A stretch of DNA of 64,000 nucleotides from an uncultured Bacteroidales bacterium (GCA_900316305.1 ONCM01000011.1:1863-65862), one strand, 5' to 3'; numbered from the stretch's first letter, positions 28,418 through 37,543 are shown. Notes: generated from the sequence alone by a model not told the origin. A program made the numbers and translations.

Positions 28418-29398
28418 TTATACAAAAAGCTTTACCAAGCCGATCAGAATCAACGCAAATAGTATAAGACCTACTATCAAGATCGTAAAAGCTAATGCAG
28501 AGGCCAACGTAAACTTCAAAATCGTGCGCCACCAACTGTAGCCTGTGAACTGTTTGATGGGAATCATCACCAACAGCATGGACCAGGAGGCCAAAGTGGT
28601 CAAACCGAAAAAGGTCAGCACAATCGAATAGATGGAGTACATGTTGACAGAATAAAGCAGCGCAACAAAGAACTCGGAGTAGCGCAAACCAGGAACATTG
28701 GGACTGCGCTTAAAGAACTGATAAAGTTCACCAGAAATAACCATTAAAAGCAATAACAAGAAGACGTTCGGCGCACGATCCTCCAATTTTTCAAAAAAAG
28801 GTAAAATTTTATCGGGTATTTCATCGATTTTCTTAAGCTCGTTTTCAGTAAAAACGCTATGCTCCTCATCTTTTTTGGTCGTCTGTTCTTCAACCTCTTT
28901 GGATGGTGTCTGCGAGGCAAGGGATAACGTATCCGCAGGCATGGTCTCGTCCGCTTTCGTCTCCTCCTTCTGCACTTGCGTCTCCTCTTTCTCGCTATCG
29001 CCAAAATTTTCCCTTTTGATATTAACCCCGTGGACTACGAGCAGGGAAACGGCGGCAAGCAGAAAATACATTTTGAAAGGACCAAAATAGGATGCCTGCA
29101 TGCCGTTGACAAAGTCGCGAATCAAGTACCCGGGACGCAGGATAAGGTCGCGCATGGTGCGAAACATACCCCGATCACCCATACCGGTGGCATCTAAAAA
29201 GTTATAGAAAGCCGTCTTCAGCGAATATCGGCCCAACTTTTCCGACTGACCGCAGCGAGGACAATAATTTCCCTTGTAATGGTCGTGACAATTGTGGCAT
29301 TCATGCTCATTCTCGGTCATCGGCTCCACTTGGTGCGGTCGGGTCTGCCAGGCCTTGAATTGGCGATATTTCTCTTTAAGGTTAAATTTCTTTTTCAT
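28418..29398 (-). CDS. DUF3667-like zinc-ribbon membrane protein
   Basis: N-terminal CHNCHDHYKGNYCPRCGQ zinc ribbon followed by TM helices. Convergent with the sigma gene with a 5-nt gap. Confidence 0.6.
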   Translation of the reverse strand: MKKKFNLKEKYRQFKAWQTRPHQVEPMTENEHECHNCHDHYKGNYCPRCGQSEKLGRYSLKTAFYNFLDATGMGDRGMFRTMRDLILRPGYLIRDFVNGMQASYFGPFKMYFLLAAVSLLVVHGVNIKRENFGDSEKEETQVQKEETKADETMPADTLSLASQTPSKEVEEQTTKKDEEHSVFTENELKKIDEIPDKILPFFEKLEDRAPNVFLLLLLMVISGELYQFFKRSPNVPGLRYSEFFVALLYSVNMYSIYSIVLTFFGLTTLASWSMLLVMIPIKQFTGYSWWRTILKFTLASALAFTILIVGLILFALILIGLVKLFV

Positions 29399-29451
29399 AA
29401 TGAGGCGCAAAAGTACAAAAAAATAACAAGTATCACGTATTCAAAAAATAT

Positions 29452-29459
29452 TACTTTTG
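29452..29459 (+). promoter_or_regulatory. -7 box TACTTTTG upstream of the lipocalin-like gene
   Basis: 45 nt upstream of the ATA at 29504. Confidence 0.45.
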
Positions 29460-29503
29460 CCGAATCAAAAGAAATCTAATTATTCACCAAACAATAAAGC
29501 ATT

Positions 29504-29908
29504 ATAAAATTCAAACATTTTTTCGTTTTAGCAGTTGCTTTTGCATTAGTTGCATTAGGAACCTCTTGTAACAAGCCGTCCGAAAACAAGATTCTCGGAA
29601 AATGGAGAACGACGGGCATTGAAACGTGCAACTCCATAAACCCTGACGTTTGGGTAGAAGAGACTCTTCCGGCAGACGAAGTCAACATCATTGAGTTCCG
29701 CAGCAATGGCACCTGTTTGTACTACAACGAAGACGGCCAACAAGAAACCGGCGCTTGGTCTTACGACAAAGACAGTCAACAACTCACCATCAACGGTAAA
29801 ACCGGTGACATCATTGAATTCGCTTCCAATCAGATGAAATTAGAATTCAAACTTACCGCTGGAGAAAATTGGATAAAAACAAGAACTACGATGAAGAAGA
29901 TCAAATAA
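29504..29908 (+). CDS. Small lipocalin-like lipoprotein with no canonical start codon
   Basis: The in-frame stop at 29495-29497 is followed by AGC ATT ATA AAA TTC AAA..., encoding (I/M)KFKHFFVLAVAFALVALGTSC (clear lipobox). There is no ATG/GTG/TTG before 29717. A TACTTTTG box lies at 29452-29459 and a terminator at 29931. Confidence 0.5.
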   Translation: MKFKHFFVLAVAFALVALGTSCNKPSENKILGKWRTTGIETCNSINPDVWVEETLPADEVNIIEFRSNGTCLYYNEDGQQETGAWSYDKDSQQLTINGKTGDIIEFASNQMKLEFKLTAGENWIKTRTTMKKIK

Positions 29909-29930
29909 ACTTCTTTCTGATCAAAAAAAG

Positions 29931-29966
29931 AAAAGCGTCGTTTGAATAACGACGCTTTTTTTTTTG
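29931..29966 (+). terminator. Rho-independent terminator of the lipocalin-like gene
   Basis: AAAAGCGTCGTTTGAATAACGACGCTTTT followed by a T-run. Confidence 0.7.
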
Positions 29967-29994
29967 CAACAAATGTGTCAGACCGATACAGAAA

Positions 29995-30017
29995 AGGCCT
30001 CCGAAAATCGGAGGCCT
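29995..30017 (-). terminator. Hairpin plus T-run (minus strand) right after rpsS
   Basis: AGGCCTCCGAAAATCGGAGGCCT. The minus strand continues TTTTC. Confidence 0.55.
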
Positions 30018-30080
30018 GCATATAGAGGGTATTGGTAATTCGAAGGAAGATAACCTAAACTGGACGTGGTCCAAATGGAA

Positions 30081-30359
30081 TTACTTGGAACCTTTGTCCT
30101 TTTGTCCTGCGTGACCGCGGAAGATACGGGTGGGGGCGAACTCGCCGAGTTTGTGGCCGACCATGTTCTCCGTCACATAGACGGGGATAAACTTGTTGCC
30201 ATTATGCACAGCGATGGTGAGGCCGACGAAGTCGGGGGAGATCATGGAAGAGCGGGACCACGTTTTGATGGTGGACTTCTTGCCAGACTCCTGGGCGGCA
30301 ATCACACGTTGCTCCAGTTTGTAATGTATATACGGTCCTTTTTTTAATGAACGACTCAT
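30081..30359 (-). CDS. rpsS: 30S ribosomal protein S19
   Basis: [15 protein letters not shown]...[11 protein letters not shown]. Confidence 0.95.
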   Translation of the reverse strand: MSRSLKKGPYIHYKLEQRVIAAQESGKKSTIKTWSRSSMISPDFVGLTIAVHNGNKFIPVYVTENMVGHKLGEFAPTRIFRGHAGQKDKGSK

Positions 30360-30376
30360 AATGGATAGCTTTTAGG

Positions 30377-31201
30377 TTATTTTTTTCTTCTTTCAACGAT
30401 GTATTGGGAAGAGTTCTTCTTCGGATGGCGGGTCTTGTAGCCTTTAGCGGGCATACCCTTGCGAGAACGCGGATTACCACCGGAAGCACGGCCTTCACCA
30501 CCACCCATCGGGTGATCGACAGGGTTCATGACGACACCGCGGTTGCGCGGACGGCGACCGAGCCAGCGACTGCGGCCGGCCTTACCGGACACCTCAAGGC
30601 TGTGGTCTCCGTTGGAGACGATGCCGATGGTGGCCTTACAGGCGCAGAGGATCAGGCGGGTCTCACCAGAAGGCAGCTTGATGATGGCGTAGCGGCCGTC
30701 ACGAGACATCAGCTGTGCGTAGGAACCGGCGCTGCGGGCAATCTTGCCGCCCTGACCGGGACGCATCTCGATGTTGTGAATGATGGAACCGAGGGGAATC
30801 TCGCCGATCGGAAGGCTGTTGCCAAGGTCGGGGGAAACACCGGTACCGCTGACGATCTGCTGACCCACTTTGATGCCGTGAGGCGCCACGATATAGCGTT
30901 TCTCACCATCAGCGTAGAACAGCAGGGCGATGCGTGCCGAGCGGTTCGGATCGTACTCAATGGTCTTAACGGTGGCCGGAACACCATCCTTATTTCTCTT
31001 GAAATCAATGATGCGATACATCTGCTTGTGACCGCCTCCGCGGTACCGTATCGTCATCTTACCACTGCTGTTTCTACCGCCCGTGCTGTGCTTGGGAGCC
31101 AACAGGCTCTTTTCGGGCTTGTTCGTGGTAATGTCATCGTAAGCGCTAATCACTTTGAAGCGCTGACCCGGCGTTACAGGTTTGTACTTTTTTAATGCCA
31201 T
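30377..31201 (-). CDS. rplB: 50S ribosomal protein L2
   Basis: [15 protein letters not shown]...[13 protein letters not shown]. Confidence 0.95.
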   Translation of the reverse strand: MALKKYKPVTPGQRFKVISAYDDITTNKPEKSLLAPKHSTGGRNSSGKMTIRYRGGGHKQMYRIIDFKRNKDGVPATVKTIEYDPNRSARIALLFYADGEKRYIVAPHGIKVGQQIVSGTGVSPDLGNSLPIGEIPLGSIIHNIEMRPGQGGKIARSAGSYAQLMSRDGRYAIIKLPSGETRLILCACKATIGIVSNGDHSLEVSGKAGRSRWLGRRPRNRGVVMNPVDHPMGGGEGRASGGNPRSRKGMPAKGYKTRHPKKNSSQYIVERRKK

Positions 31202-31212
31202 TTTTATACTTT

Positions 31213-31331
31213 GGTTTAATGTTTATGGTTTAAGGTTTATGGTTTATGGTTTATGGTTTATGGTTTGACGGGGCCTTGGGAAAGACAACCTTAAACTCTC
31301 AACCTTAAACTCTCAACCTTAAACCTTAAAC
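31213..31331. repeat. Two-armed heptamer array inside the ribosomal block (rplW-rplB spacer)
   Basis: A GGTTTAT/GGTTTAA arm (31213-31266) and an AACCTTA/AACTCTC arm (31287-31331). GGTTTAAGGTTT and AAACCTTAAACC are exact complements. Confidence 0.9.
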
Positions 31332-31334
31332 TAA

Positions 31335-31625
31335 TTAGATGTTACTGTAGAAATCGATTTTCTGGTCTTTGTCGACGAAGACGTAAGCCTTCTTGAAATT
31401 GTTCTTTTGACCGAGGATGACGCCAGCCTTGGTGTTGCGGGCGGTCGTTTTGCCGCGTTGGATGAGCGTGTTCACGCGCACCACTTTCACGTTGTACAGA
31501 GACTCGATCTCGCGTTTGATCTCGGGTTTCGTAGCCTCGCGCGTCACCATGAAGCCGTAGCGGTTGTATTTCTCAGCCACGGTGGTCATCTTCTCACTGA
31601 TGATGGGTTTTATGATGCAACTCAT
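31335..31625 (-). CDS. rplW: 50S ribosomal protein L23
   Basis: 96 aa, IIKPIISEKMT...YNVKVVRVNT, positioned between rplD and rplB. Confidence 0.9.
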   Translation of the reverse strand: MSCIIKPIISEKMTTVAEKYNRYGFMVTREATKPEIKREIESLYNVKVVRVNTLIQRGKTTARNTKAGVILGQKNNFKKAYVFVDKDQKIDFYSNI

Positions 31626-31651
31626 TGTTTCTGATTTTTAAGGGTGATGAA

Positions 31652-32281
31652 TTATTCGCCTAACATCTTTTCCAACTCCTTGAGGCTGCTCTCGCAGATG
31701 ATGAGGTTGTTGGCGTTAAGCACATGATACGTATTGGCCTCGATGGCGCGCATGATGTTGGTGCGTTGGAGGTTGCGGCCGGAAAGATAGATGTTTCTGT
31801 CGTTCTCGGGGAGAAGCAGCAGGGTCTTCTTGCCTTCAAGTTTGAGGTTCTTGAGCATGGCCTTGTACTCCTTGGTCTTGGGGGCCTCGAAGGTGAAGTC
31901 TTCCACCACGGTGATGTTGCCTTCCTGTTGTTTGTAGGTGAAGGCGGAGAAGCGGGCGAGACGTTTCACTTTCTTGTTGAGCTTGAAGCCGTAGTCGCGC
32001 GGATGAGGTCCGAACACGGTGGCACCGCCGCGGATGGTCGGGCTCTTGATGCTACCTGCACGTGCGCCGCCAGTACCTTTCTGACGTTTGAGCTTGCGGG
32101 TGCTGCCTGACACGGTGGAGCGTTCCAGCGTATTGTGCGTGCCTTGTCTCTGATTTGCCAAATATTGTTTCACGTCAAGCCAGATGGCATGATCGTTCGG
32201 TTCCACGTTGAAGATCTTATCGTTCAGGGTGACCGTCTTTGCAGTTTCGCTGCCGTCTATTTTATAAACTCTTAGCTCCAT
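31652..32281 (-). CDS. rplD: 50S ribosomal protein L4
   Basis: 209 aa, [28 protein letters not shown]. Confidence 0.9.
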   Translation of the reverse strand: MELRVYKIDGSETAKTVTLNDKIFNVEPNDHAIWLDVKQYLANQRQGTHNTLERSTVSGSTRKLKRQKGTGGARAGSIKSPTIRGGATVFGPHPRDYGFKLNKKVKRLARFSAFTYKQQEGNITVVEDFTFEAPKTKEYKAMLKNLKLEGKKTLLLLPENDRNIYLSGRNLQRTNIMRAIEANTYHVLNANNLIICESSLKELEKMLGE

Positions 32282-32901
32282 CTCTCAATAATTATATATG
32301 AACCATTGGCTCCCGGAACGGAACCTTTAACTAAAACTAAATTCTTCTCTTTCACGATCTTGATGATCTGGAGGTTGATGACCTTCACCTTGGCGTTGCC
32401 CATCTGGCCGGCCATGCGCATGCCCTTGAACACGCGTGACGGGTAGGAGGATGCACCCATAGAACCGGGGGCTCTCAAACGGTTGTGCTGACCGTGGGTG
32501 GCGTCACCGACACCGCCGAAGTGGTGGCGTTTCACAACACCCTGGAAGCCTTTACCCTTGGAGGTGCCGCTCACATCGACATATTCGCCTTCCTCGAAGA
32601 CGGTGACGTCGAGCACATCACCCAAAGATTTCTGATGGCCTTCCTCGAAGCGGGTGAACTCACGCACGATCTTTTTCGGCGTGGTACCGGCCTTCGCGAA
32701 GTGACCCTTCAGCGACTTGGTCGTGTTTTTCTCTTTCTTCTCGTCGTAAGCCAATTGGATAGCGCTGTAGCCGTCCGTCTCGACGGTTTTGACTTGCGTG
32801 ACCACGCAAGGACCAGCCTCTAACACCGTGCACGGCACAACCTTGCCGGAGGCATCGTAGATGCTAGTCATCCCAATTTTTTTTCCTATTAATCCTGACA
32901 T
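32272..32901 (-). CDS. rplC: 50S ribosomal protein L3
   Basis: [16 protein letters not shown]...[16 protein letters not shown]. Confidence 0.95.
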   Translation of the reverse strand: MSGLIGKKIGMTSIYDASGKVVPCTVLEAGPCVVTQVKTVETDGYSAIQLAYDEKKEKNTTKSLKGHFAKAGTTPKKIVREFTRFEEGHQKSLGDVLDVTVFEEGEYVDVSGTSKGKGFQGVVKRHHFGGVGDATHGQHNRLRAPGSMGASSYPSRVFKGMRMAGQMGNAKVKVINLQIIKIVKEKNLVLVKGSVPGANGSYIIIERWS

Positions 32902-33022
32902 TTTTGGTTAGATTTATAAAATTAATTGTCTTTTACTGCTCGTTTCGACAACCCACACTTCAACTCAACTAATTGACAAACAATCAATTAAGCTTCAGAA
33001 ATGGGTTTTTCTAACAAGCGTG

Positions 33023-33030
33023 CAAATATA
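33023..33030 (-). promoter_or_regulatory. -7 box TATATTTG for the rplC-rpsS block
   Basis: Context AAAAAGTGTATATTTGC, 122 nt upstream of the rplC ATG. Confidence 0.45.
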
Positions 33031-33080
33031 CACTTTTTCTTTATACTCAGTCACTTGCACGAAAAAAAGTTTTCAAAAAA

Positions 33081-33110
33081 AGAAGAGGCGCAAAATTTTG
33101 CGCCTCTTCT
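33081..33110 (-). terminator. Palindromic hairpin terminating the 33140-33997 lipoprotein gene
   Basis: AGAAGAGGCGCAAAATTTTGCGCCTCTTCT, flanked by A/T runs on both sides. Confidence 0.6.
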
Positions 33111-33139
33111 TTTTACGTTTTTACTGATTAATGCCGGTA

Positions 33140-33997
33140 TTAATACTGGAACTCGTCCACGCACGTGACCGGAAGTTCGAGGATGTTTTCAAAATTCATC
33201 GTGCTTTCCCAAGTCATTTTAACAGGACTCTTCTTACTGTTATAGACATAGCTGTAGTTCGTGGCGCTTGTGTTATTGCCTTGCATGATCTCCTCGCGAA
33301 CAACATTGTTTGCTGAGAAAATCTCATCCGTACCCAGAGCCACCACATCGAAAAGTCCCTTGTAGGGGTTGTTCTTGTCGTCATACGCCCATTTGTAGGA
33401 CATGTTATTCTCGCCATTCATTTCCATGGCCGTGACGTTCTTGCCCGTCCACGTGAGAAGAACATGGGTGGTACCTTTCACCGGCGAGTTTTCCATCACC
33501 TGATTGGCAGCGTTTTCAGGAATGAAAAGTCTCAACGGGTTGAAAGGAAGTGAGTTCACGGACTTGCCATCATTAAAGGTCACATTCATGCCCGTCACCG
33601 TTTTTCCTTTGTGCTCCAACTCGTATTTTCCTATCGTGGTGCCAGCGGCGTTGAAGATTTCAATGTTTTTGATCAAATTGTTGTCGTAGTTGAATTTAGC
33701 AGTATTACTACCGTAGTTGATCTCGACAACCCGGTTGTTATCATCGTAACGGAACAGTGCGGTGCTGCGGTTGTCATTAGCATCGTAATAGTCGATGTAG
33801 CTGAGTACCTTGCCGTTCCAAGTCCAAACCTCGCGCTCGGTGCGGGAAATCTCGGTACCAGCAGGGGTCTTGTAAGTACGGGTGTGTTTGACCTCGGTAA
33901 TTTTCTGTTTGGGGGTGTACTGTCCCTCCTTTTCGCAAGAGGTGAAAGCCAAAGCGACTGCAAATACAGCAATCATGAATACAAATGTCTTTTTCAT
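33140..33997 (-). CDS. Lipoprotein, unknown function
   Basis: MKKTFVFMIAVFAVALAFTSC lipobox; 285 aa. A palindromic terminator lies downstream at 33081-33110. Confidence 0.6.
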   Translation of the reverse strand: MKKTFVFMIAVFAVALAFTSCEKEGQYTPKQKITEVKHTRTYKTPAGTEISRTEREVWTWNGKVLSYIDYYDANDNRSTALFRYDDNNRVVEINYGSNTAKFNYDNNLIKNIEIFNAAGTTIGKYELEHKGKTVTGMNVTFNDGKSVNSLPFNPLRLFIPENAANQVMENSPVKGTTHVLLTWTGKNVTAMEMNGENNMSYKWAYDDKNNPYKGLFDVVALGTDEIFSANNVVREEIMQGNNTSATNYSYVYNSKKSPVKMTWESTMNFENILELPVTCVDEFQY

Positions 33998-34117
33998 AAT
34001 TCTACTATTATTTTAATCGTTTAATTATCAATATCTTATACAAGAATAAATTTTTGATAAATCAAATAGCGAAGATACACTTTTTCTCTCTACACTGCAA
34101 CAGACGCGAAAAAGTTT

Positions 34118-34639
34118 TTACTGCGCCACACTCACCTTCGTGCTCAGACTAATGAAGCCGTAGTTGTCGGCCTTCTCGGCACGACGATAGACGGACAACT
34201 TGTGGGTACCGAGGTTCTTGAACTTGCGGTGCGGATAGACCACCACGTCAAGCACGGCATTGTTGCTGTTGCCCTCGGGACGAATGTCCTTGTTGTTCTT
34301 CGAATCAAGCAGAAATTGGCTGCTGGCGATGGACTGCATGCCGTCGGGACTGGTCAGGGTAAGCGTGAGGGGAATCACCCTCAACGCCACGATGGAGGTG
34401 TCGTAGAGAAGCGATACCGTGACATCATAGTATTTGGTGGTGTCCTTAATCTCGAAATCGAAGTCCAAAACCTCCTCCTCAAACGCCCAGTTGGTGTTCG
34501 GGAAAGGATGACTCACCTCCATTGACCAATTCTTGTTGACACCTTTTCGTTTAAAGGAATCGCATGAAACCAAAGTGGTGGTCAGCAAAACGGCAACAAC
34601 CACCGTCCAAAATCCGCGTGCAAAATTTATCTTTCTCAT
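34118..34639 (-). CDS. Small lipoprotein (possibly GldH-like)
   Basis: Lipobox LVSCD; 173 aa. The layout W.F....L.F.F.I.D....Y.V.V.L.Y resembles GldH, but this is a weak call made by eye. Confidence 0.4.
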   Translation of the reverse strand: MRKINFARGFWTVVVAVLLTTTLVSCDSFKRKGVNKNWSMEVSHPFPNTNWAFEEEVLDFDFEIKDTTKYYDVTVSLLYDTSIVALRVIPLTLTLTSPDGMQSIASSQFLLDSKNNKDIRPEGNSNNAVLDVVVYPHRKFKNLGTHKLSVYRRAEKADNYGFISLSTKVSVAQ

Positions 34640-34656
34640 ATACCTATATTATATAT

Positions 34657-34750
34657 TCATCGTCTTTCATCGTCTTTCATCGTCTTTCATCGTCTTTCAT
34701 CGCTTTTCATCGCTTTTCATCGTCTTTCATCGCTTTTCATCGTCTTTCAT
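34657..34750. repeat. Decamer array CATCGYYTTT x9-10 (reverse complement of the 2301 unit)
   Basis: In-phase units from 34661 to 34750. Lies upstream of the 34639 lipoprotein gene in that gene's orientation. Confidence 0.95.
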
Positions 34751-34788
34751 GACAGCCCTACGGGAGAATTGCGTATCCATATTTTATG

Positions 34789-34796
34789 TACTTTTG
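34789..34796 (+). promoter_or_regulatory. -7 box TACTTTTG for rnhA
   Basis: 41 nt upstream of the ATG at 34837. Confidence 0.5.
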
Positions 34797-34836
34797 CCTC
34801 CCCAAAATTGCGGCGGCAAAAATAACAAATTTGAAG

Positions 34837-35478
34837 ATGGCAAAGCAACAAAAATATTATGTGGTGTGGTCGGGCAAGCAACCCGGCGTTTACGACAACT
34901 GGAACGACTGCAAAGCACAGGTCTATCAGTTCGAGAACGCGAAGTACAAGTCGTTTGAGAGTCGCTCGGCGGCGGAAAGCGCCTTCAAGCAGGGATACGA
35001 GAAGTTCTACAAAAGTCACCCTTCCGAGAAAAACTCCGCCAAACAACTGATCCTGCTCCAAGACCAGCCCAAGCCGATCTTGCGGAGTCTGTCCGTCGAT
35101 GCGGCGTGGAATTCCGTGACCAAGGTAATGGAATACCGCGGCGTCTATACCGAGACCGGACAGGAGTGGTTCCACAAGGGGCCGTTCCCGCACGCCACCA
35201 ACAACGTCGGCGAATTTTTAGCCATCGTGCACGGCCTCGCCCTCATCAAGCAGAAAGGCTACGACATCCCCATTTACACCGACAGCATGACCGCCCTCTC
35301 CTGGGTTCGCAAGAAAAAGCACAATTCCGTGATTCTGCCCACCGCCGACAACGAGGAGGTCTTAGATCTGTTGGAACGCGCCGAAAACTGGCTCCGCAAC
35401 AACACCTACGAAACCCCTATCTACAAATGGAACACCCCGCTCTGGGGAGAAATTCCCGCGGATTTTGGGAGGAAATGA
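34837..35478 (+). CDS. rnhA: Ribonuclease H1 with N-terminal hybrid-binding (viroplasmin-like) domain
   Basis: KYYVVWSGKQPGVYDNWNDCKAQV...F.SRSAAESAF followed by an RNase H core (NNVGEFLAIVHGL, IYTDSMTALSWV). ATG at 34837. Confidence 0.75.
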   Translation: MAKQQKYYVVWSGKQPGVYDNWNDCKAQVYQFENAKYKSFESRSAAESAFKQGYEKFYKSHPSEKNSAKQLILLQDQPKPILRSLSVDAAWNSVTKVMEYRGVYTETGQEWFHKGPFPHATNNVGEFLAIVHGLALIKQKGYDIPIYTDSMTALSWVRKKKHNSVILPTADNEEVLDLLERAENWLRNNTYETPIYKWNTPLWGEIPADFGRK

Positions 35479-35510
35479 CCATTGACAAAGGGCGTATGCG
35501 ATACGCCCCT

Positions 35511-35550
35511 ACCAATAACCTATAACCAATAACCAATAACCTATAACCTA
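35511..35550. repeat. Heptamer array CAATAAC/CTATAAC containing the stop of the OadA-like gene
   Basis: accaataacctataaccaataaccaataacctataaccta. Confidence 0.9.
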
Positions 35551-37329
35551 TTTCACAAACGCAATCACATCGCCTTTGTTGACCTTCTGGCCTTGTTCGG
35601 CGACCGTTTCGAGGATCTGACCGTCGAAGAGGCTTACCACAGGTTCCATGCCGTAGTAGGTGCTCACCATGCAGACGGTGTCGCCCTTCTTCAACGCCGT
35701 GCCGACCGGTTTGGGCATCGACTTCTCGTCACCCACGGCAATCTCCCAAAGGATTTGTCCGCTCACGGGCGCGACCACCGGCTGGGCCTCGGGATACATC
35801 TTTCTGACACGCTCGAAAATAATCTGTTGACGATCTTGCGGGGCAGCGGCAACGCCACCAGCCTGCTTCTTCTGCATGGCGGCCTCCAACTCACGATTGA
35901 AGTTCTGTTTCGCCCTACCCTCTTTATAATCAACATATTGGCGTTCGTGCATAGCTAATTCGAAGAGTTCCTCTTCGTCCTGACCGACATCCCAGCCCTT
36001 TTCTTCCATCATCTTGCGGTACTTAGGCAGCTCGTCGGGATAGTTGTCTTGCGGCACGCCGTCGAAGAACTCGAAGCCTTTTTCCTTGGCCAACTCGATG
36101 ATTTCGGGAGCCAGCGGTCCAGGCAGACGGCCGCACTTGCCGAGAATCATATCCCACTGGTTCTGCTCCATGTAGGTAAAGCGCGGTTTGCCCTCCACCT
36201 CAGCGCGGACGTTCATCAGCGCGATGTTCTTGACATACTGGCTGAACGGGGTCACCAAACCGGGCGTGCCCACCATCGGCCACACGGCAGCCACCTCGTC
36301 GAACAGCTTGACCAGCAGCTGGTCTTCGTTGAGCGTTGGCTGGCCGTTTTTCTCCAATGTCTTGTTGAGATAGCTGTGGATGCCCTTCAGGTCGGCCATC
36401 ATGGAGCCCATCATGCCGCCGGGCAGACCGCAACCGAGCAGTAAGGATGTGGAAATCTTGTTCTTCGGCTCAATGAAGTAGCCGAGGAAGTCGTCCATGA
36501 ACTTTTGGGTGAGCGAACGGGCCTCCATGTAAGCGTTCATATCAATGTCGGCGACCTCGAAACCGTCGTTGCGGAGCATGGCCTGCACGGCAATGACATC
36601 GGGATGAACCATACCCCAGGAAAGCGGTTCCATAGCCACGTCGATGATGTCGGCGCCGTTGCGGCAGACTTCCAGCACGGAAGCCATGGAGAGGCCGGGA
36701 CCCGTATGTCCGTGATACTGAATCACCAAGTGCGGGTACTTCTCCTTGATAGCCTTCACCAACTTGCCGAGGTCCGCAGGACGACCGATGCCGGCCATGT
36801 CCTTCAGACCAATCTCCTTCGCGCCGTACTCCACATATTTATCGACCACGGAGAGATAGTGCTCTAATGTATGGACGGGCGAGTGCGAGATGCTGAGTGC
36901 GGCCTGCGAAATGAGGCCGAACTCATTGGCGTATTTGATGGAGAGTTCCAGATTCCGGTGGTCGTTGAGGCCGCAGAAAGAGCGGACCACATCCACGCCT
37001 TGTGCCTTCTTGACCTTGAACATCAGTCGGCGCACGTCGGCGGGCACAGGGTACATGCGCAGACCATTGAGGGCGCGTTCCAGCATCTGGCACTGGATGC
37101 CGGCAGCCCGCAACGGCTTCGTCCACTCGCGCACGGCGTGGTTGGGGTTCTCGCCGTACATCAGGTTCACCTGCTCGAAGGCACCGCCATTGGTTTCCAC
37201 GCGATCGAAGCAGCCCATGCGCGCAATCACAGGCGCAATTTCGGTCAACTGATCCACGCGCGGCTGATACTTTCCGGACGACTGCCACATGTCACGATAC
37301 ACCAAACAGAATCCGATTCTCTTTTTCAT
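35548..37329 (-). CDS. Oxaloacetate decarboxylase alpha / pyruvate carboxylase subunit B-like carboxyltransferase with a C-terminal biotinyl-fold domain lacking the canonical lysine
   Basis: 593 aa with an HMGL-like TIM barrel (YRDMWQSS, HGHTGPGLS). The C-terminal segment APVSGQIL...GDTVCMVSTYYGMEPVVS...GDVIAFVK aligns to a biotinyl domain, but EAMKM is replaced by STYYGM. Confidence 0.65.
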   Translation of the reverse strand: MKKRIGFCLVYRDMWQSSGKYQPRVDQLTEIAPVIARMGCFDRVETNGGAFEQVNLMYGENPNHAVREWTKPLRAAGIQCQMLERALNGLRMYPVPADVRRLMFKVKKAQGVDVVRSFCGLNDHRNLELSIKYANEFGLISQAALSISHSPVHTLEHYLSVVDKYVEYGAKEIGLKDMAGIGRPADLGKLVKAIKEKYPHLVIQYHGHTGPGLSMASVLEVCRNGADIIDVAMEPLSWGMVHPDVIAVQAMLRNDGFEVADIDMNAYMEARSLTQKFMDDFLGYFIEPKNKISTSLLLGCGLPGGMMGSMMADLKGIHSYLNKTLEKNGQPTLNEDQLLVKLFDEVAAVWPMVGTPGLVTPFSQYVKNIALMNVRAEVEGKPRFTYMEQNQWDMILGKCGRLPGPLAPEIIELAKEKGFEFFDGVPQDNYPDELPKYRKMMEEKGWDVGQDEEELFELAMHERQYVDYKEGRAKQNFNRELEAAMQKKQAGGVAAAPQDRQQIIFERVRKMYPEAQPVVAPVSGQILWEIAVGDEKSMPKPVGTALKKGDTVCMVSTYYGMEPVVSLFDGQILETVAEQGQKVNKGDVIAFVK

Positions 37330-37543
37330 ACTATCTTTCCTTTCTTAATATCTTATAAATCAACAATATATATTATACATTACCTTTTTTTCAGGCGGTG
37401 GCAAAAGTACAAAAAAAAGTTATCAACAAGGTGCAACCCTTTCGTTTTTCTGTATCATATAATCAAAATTGAAGTTTCAGGTTTACGTCTAAAAAAATAC
37501 TACTTTTGCAACTTCAACTGACAACAAACAAAAAAATATAAAA

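Noticed and set aside
33018-34128. About 50-nt similarity between 33018-33075 and 34075-34128, flanking the 33140-33997 lipoprotein gene; considered as a target-site or promoter duplication marking an insertion
   Set aside because: The shared part is essentially the extended promoter consensus (AAAACTTTTT...AAAAAGTGTATnTTnGC), which also appears at other promoters in the window (19915-19935, 47915-47935). It is most simply two similar promoters.
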